A stretch of DNA of 64,000 nucleotides from Camelus ferus (Eukaryota). The DNA is taken from positions 21,020,001 to 21,084,000 of the forward strand of contig NC_045697.1 in NCBI RefSeq assembly GCF_009834535.1, written 5' to 3'. Below the pieces are notes generated by a model that did not search any database, was not told the DNA's origin, and saw only the letters and a program-made list of their open reading frames with translations. The translations under genes and the position numbers were made by a program. How positions within the stretch are numbered: the first letter of the stretch is position 1; the number at the start of each line of letters is the position of its first letter. This document shows, one piece after another, positions 54,487-64,000 of the stretch.

Positions 54487-56715
54487 ATCTCTCCATAGCA
54501 ATGCACAAAAAAAGGGATCATTCAGTTGCAAAATTAAAGGAAACATTTTTTCTTCATTATCCCACATATTAAAAAAAGGGAGTCTTTCATTCAGGGTAGG
54601 CAGAAACAAAGCTTATATTCATTCAAGAAAATTAATTGATCACATATCATGTGACAATAACAAGCACTGTTAGAATAAATCCAAAAAGGATGCCAAATAT
54701 TATCCCCTCCCCCATACACCCATACACCCCCAAATCAGGCTGCTAATATGTTCCTTTGTGAAAAAGAGAATCGAACTATATAAAAGTGTTTGACATTCAA
54801 CTTTCGGCTTTCCACATCTTACTGATATAAGTGAATGTTCCACAAGTGTCTGCTTCTATTATCTCAGATGTTACTTGAAAGTACTTTCTATACACTCACA
54901 TCAAATCAAAGTCATAAGTTCCTAGTGAGTAATTCCACCAGTATTTCCTTCATAACGTTTGTGTTCAAGCTTCTATTATCTAGTTGATACATGCTACTCC
55001 TAGGGAATAATGTTTGTTCTTATATTGCAGATCAAGGTGTATTATTGCAAACCAATGTGTTTCCAGAGTTTTGAAAGCAACACTTAACTACTTTGTGTTG
55101 TACTTTACAACAAAAACATATTGATTTGAACTAGAGGGCAAACTATCCCTGCTACATGATGACTGCCAAGATCCTTGATGGATGCACCCAGCATTTATCA
55201 ATACTCACTCTAATATGATTTTTCTTTCTCTATAAAACTTTGAAAATTTCTCCTCATTCAAGTGAATAATAAATAGAACACAGTTTTATGCAGACCTTGT
55301 TCATGGTAGAATATCTTGGAGTCCACTCATATTAGTATTTTATTGCTTCCCAACTTTAAAGTCAGCATTATTCCATAACTAAATGTAAATATTCCATAAT
55401 TTCATATCAAATTCCGATATTCCATAAATAAATGTAAATGAAAAATAGTGTCAAATTAATTGTTTGTTTATCTGTTTAATTATCTGTCATTGTTTAAATA
55501 TCTGCCTTCAATTATCTATCATTAAACTGAATTAAAGCTCAGTGTTGTTTTATGGGGTTTTTTGGTAATTAAATTATTTCCCTGATGAGTGGTCTATAGT
55601 TGGTAGTCTTATATTACAAATTTAATTAAAATGGTTCAGTTCAAAAAATACTTGAGTGCTCATTATGTTTTTACCACTATGTTTACTACTGGGAATATAA
55701 AAGTAAATACATATCAGACCCTTCAGTAAGGTATAGATTAGTTCAAGAAGACATATATACAAGAAAATAATTTTTTTGAAAGTTCATAATAAAGACAAGT
55801 GAATAATGCACAAAATAAACAGGCAGTTGAAAATATTTAATTTGATTTTTGCTGTTTTTCAACGGAACTCATGACATTTAAAAAGTAATGCAGTTTCCAA
55901 TTGGAATATTCCAATTGCTTTGGAATTATTTTCTGGTTTGCTTATAAATCACAACAGGCATATTATTATGGATCATGAATTCATATTACATGAAAACATT
56001 ACAGAAAATATTAATTTATATAATGATGTTGGTAAATGATAATTATCATGAATATTTTAAGTATATTCAACCAGGAAGTTTTAAATCTAAACTTTTCACA
56101 ATAAAGCTGTGTTTTAGGTGTAGGGACATTCAGTACAGGAAAACAAACAAGTGATTCTATACCTTTTACCTCAGATATTAGAACCAATTTGAAAACTAAA
56201 TCAGTTTTGTCATAAAACTGTATGTTTTCTTCTCATGTTTCCAATTTTCTGTAATGTCACTCTGATTTAAAGACATCTATCTTGGATCTCAACTACTGAA
56301 GTTGTTTCATTAATAGATCAATGCTAGAGTATTACTTGACATATTTTTTTTTCTTTTCAAACATGTAACAGGTCTTCATAAAGATAAGCAAATGGAGAGG
56401 AATTTGCATGACCTAAGTGGTAAAGGACATCCTTATTTCCTTAAGTGCAAAGATTATCTTGCTGATTTCAAAAAAGTGTTCATTCAAACCATTTAATTGA
56501 GACTTGAACAGTAACATTTCAGTTCCACATCCTGAAATGAGAGTTTATAGTAAGCATAGATACAGTATTTTCAGAAATTTCCTTTTATAGGTATAATATA
56601 AAATAAACTTGTAAGAATATTCAAAATAAGATGATACCAGGACAGTATTTAATGCAGAGAAAGCACTTCTTTTTAAGCACCGAGAGCAAAGTAAGTACTT
56701 AATAAATGCCAAGAG

Positions 56716-59245
56716 ATGTATGTCAGATAATGTTTTGCCTATATTTTCTTCTAGGAGGTTTATTCTGTCTTGTCTTATGTTTAAGTCATTGATTCATTTT
56801 GAGTTTAAGTCATTGAATGGTGTAAGGGAGTGTTCTAGCTTCATTGTTTTACATGCTGCTGTCCAGTTTCCCAACACCATTTGCTGAAGAGACTGTCTTT
56901 ATTCCATTGTATATTTTTGCCTCCTTTGTCAAAGATTAGTTGACCAAAAGTTTGTGGGTTCATTTCCGGGCTCCTTATTCTGTTCCATTGGTCTCTATGT
57001 CAGTTTTTGTACCAATACCATGCCATCTTGATGACTGTAGCTATATAGTATTGTCTGAAGTCTGGGAGAGTAATTCCTCCAGCCTCTTTCTTTCTCTTCA
57101 GTAATGCTTTGGCAATTCTAGGTCTTTGATGGTTCCATATAAATTTTATTATGATCTGTTCTAGTTCTGTGAAATACATCCTGGGTAATTGGATAGGGAT
57201 TGCATTAAATCTGTAGATTGCCTTGGGCAGTGTGACCATTTTAACAACATTGATTCTTCCAATCCAAGAGCATGGGATATCTTTCCATTTTTTAAAGTCT
57301 TCTTTAATTTCCTTCATCAACGGTTAACAGTTTTCTGTGTAAAATTCTTTCACCACTTTGGTTAGATTTATTCCTAGGTATTTTATTACTTTGGGTGCTA
57401 TTTTAAAGGGGATTGTTTCTTTACTTTCTTTTTCTGTTGATTCATCGTTAGTGTAAAGAAATGCAACTGATTTTTGAGTGTTAATCTTGTAACCAGCTAC
57501 CTTGCTGAATTCTTCAATCAGCTCTAGCAGTTTTTGTGTGGACCTTTTAGGGTTTTCTATATATAGTAACATGTCGTCAGCATATAGTTACACTTTTACC
57601 TTTTTTCCAATTTGGATCCCTTTTATTTCTCTCTCTTGCCTGATTGCTGTGGCTGGGACTTCCAAGACTATGTTGAATAGGAGTGGTGATACTGGGCAGC
57701 CTTGCCTTGTCCCAGATTTTAGTGGGAAGCTTTTGAGTTTTTCACCATTGAGTACTATGCTGGCTGTAGGTTTGTCATATATAGCTTTTATTATGTTGAG
57801 ATATGTTCCCTCTATACCCACTTTGGTGAGAGTTTTTATCATAAATGGGTGTTGAATTTTATCAAAAGCTTTTTCTGCATCTATTGAGATGATCATGTGG
57901 TTTTTGTCCTTTCTCTCATTGATGTGATGTATTACATTGATTGATTTGCATATGTTGAACCACCCTTGTGTCCCTGGGATGAACCCCACTTGATCATGAT
58001 GTATAATTTTTTTTATGTGTTGTTGGATTCCATTTGCTAATATTTTGGTGAGGATTTTGGCATCTATGTTCATCAGTGATATTGGTCTGCAATTCTCTTT
58101 TATTGGTGGTGCCTTTGCCTGGTTTTGGTATCAGGGTGATGGTGGCTTCATAGAATGAGTTTGGGATTATTCCCTCTTTTTCAATCTTCTGGAGAGTTTG
58201 AGAAGGACTGGTATGAGTTCTTCTTTGTATGTTTGGTAGAATTCCCCAGTGAAGCCATCCAGTCCTGGACTTTCATTTGTAGGGAGGTTTTTTATTGCCA
58301 ATTCAATTTCATTTCTAGTGATTGGTTTGTTCAAATGGTCAGTTTCTTCTTGGTTCAGTCTTGGTGGACTGTATGTTTCCAGAAACTTGTCCATCTCTTC
58401 TAGGTTATTCAGTTTGGTTCCATATAGTTTTTCATAATATTCTCGTATGATATTCTGTTTTTCTATGTTATTTGTTGTAATTTCTCCATTTTCCTTTCTT
58501 ATTTTGCTTGTTCGTGCTCTCTCTTTTTTCTTCTTTGTGAGTTTGGCCATAGGTTTGTCAATTTTATTTCCTTTTTCAAAAAACCAGCTTTTGGTTTGAT
58601 TGATTTTTTTCTATGGTTTTTTTTTTTTAATCTCTATTTTATTTATTTCCTCCCTGATCTTTATAATTTCCTTCCTTCTGCTGCCTTTTGGGGTTTTTGC
58701 TCTTCTTTTTCTACTTCTTTTAGCTGGTGGGTTAGGTTGCTTATTTGAAATTGTTCTTCTTTTTTGAGGAAGGCTTGTATTGCTATAAACTTCCCTTTTA
58801 GCACTGCCTTTGGTGTGCCCATAAATTTTGTGTGGTTGTGCTTTCATTTTCATTTATCTCAAGGTTTTTTTTTAATTTCAGCTTTGATTTCATCATTGAC
58901 CCATTGGTTTTTTTTTAATAGCATGTTGTTTAATCTCCATGCTTTCCTTTTTTTCTCCTTTGTTTCTCTGTAGTTGATTTCTAGTTTCATGGCATTGTGG
59001 TCAGTAAAGATGCTTGAGATAATTTCTATCTTAAAATTGTTGAGGTTTCTTTTGTGCTCAAGTACATGATCAATCCTAGAAAATGTTCCATGTGCACTTG
59101 AAAAGAATGTATATCCTATTTTGGGGGAGTGTAATGCTCTGAATATATCCACCAAGTCTAATTTTTCTATAGTATTATTTAATTTCTCTGTTGCCTTTTT
59201 TATTTTCTGTCTTGAAGATCTATCTAGTGATGTTAATGCAGTGTT
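56716..59245 (-). mobile_element. Young LINE-1 (copy B), inverted 5' arm carrying disrupted ORF2 EN-RT
   Basis: Minus-strand ORF2 peptides from [15 protein letters not shown] to AWYWYKN; abuts TSD aataaatgccaagag at 56701-56715. Confidence 0.97.
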
Positions 59246-60327
59246 CTGCACAGCAAGGAAACCATAAGTAAAACAAAAAGACAACCTAGGGAATGGGAGA
59301 AAATTTTTGCAAATGAAACTGTCAAAGGCTTGATCTCCAGAATATATAAGCAGCTCATACGACTTAATAAGAAAAAAAAAATCTCAATCCAAAAGTGGGC
59401 AGAAGACCTCAACAAGCAATTCTCCAGGGAAGAAATACAAATCATCAATAGGCACATGAAAAAATGCTCAGTATCACTAATTATCAGAGAAATACAAATC
59501 AAAACCACAATGAGGTATCACCTCACACCAGTCAGAATGACCATTATTCAAAAATCCACAAATGGCAAATGCTGGAGATGCTGTGGAGAAAAGGGAACCC
59601 TCCTACACTGCTGGTGGGAACGCAGTTTGGTGCAGACACTGTGGAAAACAGTATGGAGATTCCTCAAAAGACTAGGAATAGACTTACCATATGACCCAGG
59701 AATCCCACTCCTGGGCATATAGCCAGAAGGAACCCTACTTCAGGATGATACCTGCACCCCAATGTTCATAGCAGCAGTATTTACAATAGCCAAGACATGG
59801 AAACAGCCTAAATGTCCATCAATGGGTGACTGGATAAAGAAGAGGTGGTATATTTATACAATGGAATACTATTTAGCCATAAAAAACAGACCTATAATGC
59901 CATTTGCAGAAACATGTATGTTCCTCGAGAATTGTAAGTAAAGTAAGCCAGAAAGAGAAAGAAAAATACCATATGAGATCACTCATATGTGGAATCTAAA
60001 AACAAAACAAAACAAAACAAAACAAAACATAAAGACAAATCAGAAACAGACTTACGGACATAGACTACAAACCTGTGGTTACCAAGGGGGTGGGGAGTGG
60101 GAAGGGACAGATTGGGATTTCAAAATGTAAACTAGATAAACAAGATTATACTGTATAGCACAGGGAAATATATACAAGATCTTATGGTAGTTTACAGAGA
60201 AAAAAATGTGACAATGAATATATATATATGTCCATGAATAACTGAAAAATTGTGCTCTTCACTGGAATTTGACACAACATTGTAAAATGATTATAACTCA
60301 ATAAAAAAAAGTTAAAAATAAATAAAT
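59244..60327 (+). mobile_element. Young LINE-1 (copy B), non-inverted 3' arm: ORF2 C-terminus, 3' UTR and A tail
   Basis: [17 protein letters not shown]; aataaa plus A-rich tail; 3' TSD aattagtgccaagag at 60328-60342 (13/15 match). Confidence 0.97.
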
Positions 60328-61069
60328 AATTAGTGCCAAGAGTATTATTATTTTATATTAATAAAATAAAAACACATGACTATAGTTCATTTTGTCAAAA
60401 TTTTGCAGTCTTATTCTAAGGGTATAAAAACAGAAATAACCACAGTGATTCCTGATTTTTATATATAGTCATTTACACAAAGTGATGCACTGATATTGTG
60501 TACTGGTATTACTGTGCCCATTAGTAAAATATTAAAATACTTGCATAGACATTTATAACTATCTACTGCTGTGAGCCCCAGCTGCCCCAGCTTTGACCCC
60601 TCCCTGGAGCTTTTCTTTTTTTATGAAAAAAAGTTCCTAAACTCCATTACCAAACCCAGTCCTTTCTGATTTTTGGATGCCCATTTTATGCCAGAAGTTG
60701 TTAAATATTTTGGATTTTACTCCTGAAATTATAGTATACTACTATGATGAAGTGGAAAGTATATTAGAGCACCTGTCTTTGACCTTTATTCTAATTTTAA
60801 AGGGGGCAGAATTAGAGCCTTGGTTTCCTCATCTACGATAATGGTCATAACTGCATATATCATTCAAATTTTAAAGATAAAATAAAAATTTTGTTTAAAA
60901 TTATCTAGAAAATTGATCCTAAATAAAATTGGATTCTATTAGAAAGTTTTAATTTTTTTCTTATATACTTTTTATATTTCTCGACTTATATAAAATGCTT
61001 TCCAGACTCCCAGAAGAGTCATGTTAAAACAATTCCAAATAATCTATTTATTCCCAAATATCCAGTTTC

Positions 61070-61235
61070 TTGTGTCCAAGCACTGACCTAGCAAAGGGAT
61101 GCATGATGTAACAAAACAAAACAATAACCAAAAAAGGGTTCCCCTCTCATGAACCTTATAGATTAATGGGAAAACAGATTTAAAAAGTAAATAAATTACT
61201 AAGAAAACGTTTTCAGTGAAAAGAGCTACAATGAT
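61070..61235 (-). mobile_element. LINE-2 fragment
   Basis: tgtgtccaagcactgacctag...cctctcatgaaccttataga... Confidence 0.55.
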
Positions 61236-62254
61236 AAAACTGACACTTGTGCATCATACTAGTGCATTGTTTTTTTATTCTCACAGTGTATTTTTATCAT
61301 AATATTAGTCATAACTCTTTTCTGTGCCTAAATTTGAATTATTTCAAGCTAATGAAATGTGATATTAGAATATGAAGTATTTAATAAATTGCTGATTCAT
61401 TAACAAGGAAAAAGGAGAAAAGTAGTAAAGTTTGAATTGGTCAGGAGATAAATCCAGGAGGAGGTATAGCTTCAGGGATAGTCAAAGAATTGGCTCTTCT
61501 AACTGCAGAAAGAGAAGGAGTCTAGAAGATGGATAGCATAATGAAACACACCCAGTTGTCCAAATCCTGTTCAAGAAAGTTCTCTTCCATAGAACACAGA
61601 GACCAAATCATTTTGGGGGTGAATTTATGTCTTGGGCTAATTACAGAATAATTTTTAAAAGTTTGCTTTATATGGCAGTGAATCCCAAGAGGTGGAGCTT
61701 AAGTCTGCTGACCTCTGTCTATGCTAGTGAATGTCACCAAGATCGACTTTGCCATACTCAACTGCCCTTTGATCTGGTTGCCTGAACTGATCGCTTCTGA
61801 TCATACTTTAAGTATGTCCTAACTTGGTTTTTGCCTTGATCACACCACATTATGATGGCCAGGTAGGTGGGCTTCCTCCTCTATCAGAATCTGACTATTC
61901 AGAATAAAGACAGGGCTGTCCTGAAACTAAGGGCCCAATTCAAGGAACGCTTTTGCTTCTTTCAGATTTGCAAATGATACTGGCTCACAAAAGAAAAGGA
62001 AACCTAATTTGTTCAGGTCTTCTAAAGCGTTCTGTATAAATTTCATGAGGGTCCATGGCACTTTTTAGTCACTGAATTAGAAAGTATTAAGCATCCATGG
62101 AGATTGTGGGGACCCATGAGAAGCAGATGTGCAGTTTTATTGTTTTTTTGTTTGTTTGTTTGTTACATAGAGGATGGCATTGTGATTTATGTTTTATTTT
62201 AATTCAGTATCATCATCACAGAATCTTAGAAAAAAAATCCTTCTGTTTTGTATA

Positions 62255-62452
62255 AGTATATGTGGATACACATAAACAAAGGTATATTTATATGTATGTG
62301 ATATTAATACAATGTAAGATTTTTGTCTATATATTTGAGTGTGTGTATCTGTCTATATATACATATATACATATGTGTATATTTTTGTATATATATATGC
62401 ATATATATTCTATTTTCATATATACCATTTTAGTAGATATGTATATGTATCT
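62255..62452. repeat. Low-complexity (TA/TG)-rich decayed microsatellite
   Basis: Direct reading. Confidence 0.8.
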
Positions 62453-64000
62453 GTCTCCTTTAATAATTTTTATTTTTTATAGTAATCAGAAGCCTGGAAA
62501 CATTCTATAAACTATGAAAAAACACCTACAAACTACAACAGGTATTTACTGAGTTTTATGTAGATGCAAACAAATATACAAGAATTACAATACATATATG
62601 TAATATCCCAAGATATTTCTCAGTTGTATTGACAAACACCATATTTTTTCACTTTGAAGATCTAAATCTAAATTTGATTTTAATGTACTGTGAGTGAAAT
62701 ATTGAAGAAAATCATAAATAGATTTACCAAAAAGACTTGTAAACATTGACTATTTCTGGAACAATAACAATATCTAAAAACTATCAGGAGGATGAATTTC
62801 AAAAGGAATGCTCTTGAAATGAGTAAAAGCTCAAGTTGTCAAATCCTGCTACCTCAATATAAAGTTAATGGCATCTAGTTTTTAAAAATCACCACTTATT
62901 TTGATGAAAAATACACAGTTCTTCAGAATTCACGATTTCCAAAATTCTTAAGCCAATCGAAAGAACAGTTAAGACACACTCAACTTAAAGACTGAAAGGA
63001 CACCGGGGAAAATAGAACATGTTTTACAGTAGGAATTTACATTGAATAATAGTTCTTCCAATTAAAACATTCTGTCACTCTTCGGGTAAAGTTGTCAGAT
63101 CATTTAGAAGTAGATTTTTCTTTTTTAAATTACAATATAAAATCTAATTAAAATTGACATTTCATAAATAATTTGCATTCATATTTAAATTAAATTACTC
63201 AGTGTTCATTGTGAAAAATATATTGCAACAAACATTATTTACATTTAATTTTCTTGAAGACATGTAATTTTAAATTAAAATTATTAGAATACAGTCAATA
63301 TTATGTATTTTCTATGAATAAATATCATTATATAAAAAGTAGGAATTTTAAAACTGAATGTTGTCAGTGAATTTCCCTACACTGTGTCCAAATTAAAGTA
63401 TGTGAATTTGAGGGGTGGAGTCAGGTCCAGAGCTTTCTTTTCTGCAATTCATTTTTGGCTCTGTGACACTAAAATGGGTTAGTAAATATTGATCAAGGCT
63501 TTTGTCCAAAGTTACCATTACCAAAATGTGTCCCACGGAATGCTAGTCTGTGGATATGTTCCCACTCTGTTCTCTTGTAAAAAAAAGACTCCTGTCAAAT
63601 AAATTTGAAATATTACCCACACTATAATTTCATCTTGAAGATTTGCTTTGCAGCAATTTGCAAATTTGTTTTTCATTGTTTTTCTTTTTTTTTTTCTTGA
63701 GTCTCTCTGAAGACCAATGTTTCAAATTACAAACCTTGCTACACATTTCAGTAGGAAAATTAAAGGAGTGATTCCGAAAAGGTACTTTGAGGTCAGATCT
63801 AGAATGATAAAAAGGTTCAATTTAATTATGTGGGCAATAAGGTACCATTTAAAGAGAGAGGAGTGATGGAAGCGATGTTTTAAGAAGAATCCAGCATCAG
63901 TTTGCAGAGAGAACTGCTGAGAAAGACCTTCGTTCTAGGGAAAGCCCAGGAGGTTACTGTAACAATTTCTTTATTAATTTGCTCACATCTAGACTTAACA

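Noticed and set aside
54900..55000. Minus-strand ag...gtgagt exon-like cassette
   Set aside because: Stop codons in all three frames
49168..57855. Identical 117-aa ORFs at 49168-49521 (-) and 57502-57855 (+)
   Set aside because: Antisense shadows of L1 ORF2; useful only as evidence of nucleotide identity
58859..59284. 141-aa minus-strand ORF with a novel N-terminus
   Set aside because: Chance fusion across the twin-priming junction (antisense 3' arm plus EN fragment)

Overview
AT-rich, repeat-dense mammalian DNA with no intact protein-coding gene that I can support. The young L1 5' end and 3' UTR resemble camelid L1 as I recall them, so a camelid origin is an inference. The window holds many old repeats (MaLR/ERVL LTRs, L2, MIR, old L1, Tigger and hAT MITEs). 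The strongest signals are: (1) two young L1s, 47763-51485 and 56716-60327. The first has its 5' tip fused directly to ORF2, and the second is a twin-primed 5'-inverted insertion. Together they form a ~2.5 kb inverted repeat with a ~1.18 kb near-identical core that shares the same stop codons, pointing to patchwork gene conversion between two dead elements. (2) An ancient, decayed fragment of the plectin (PLEC) plakin-repeat exon at ~36385-37190. (3) A ~90 bp orphan polyadenylated retro-insertion with TSDs at 35407-35495. Repeat subfamily names and protein matches come from memory, not from a search, and old-repeat boundaries are approximate.
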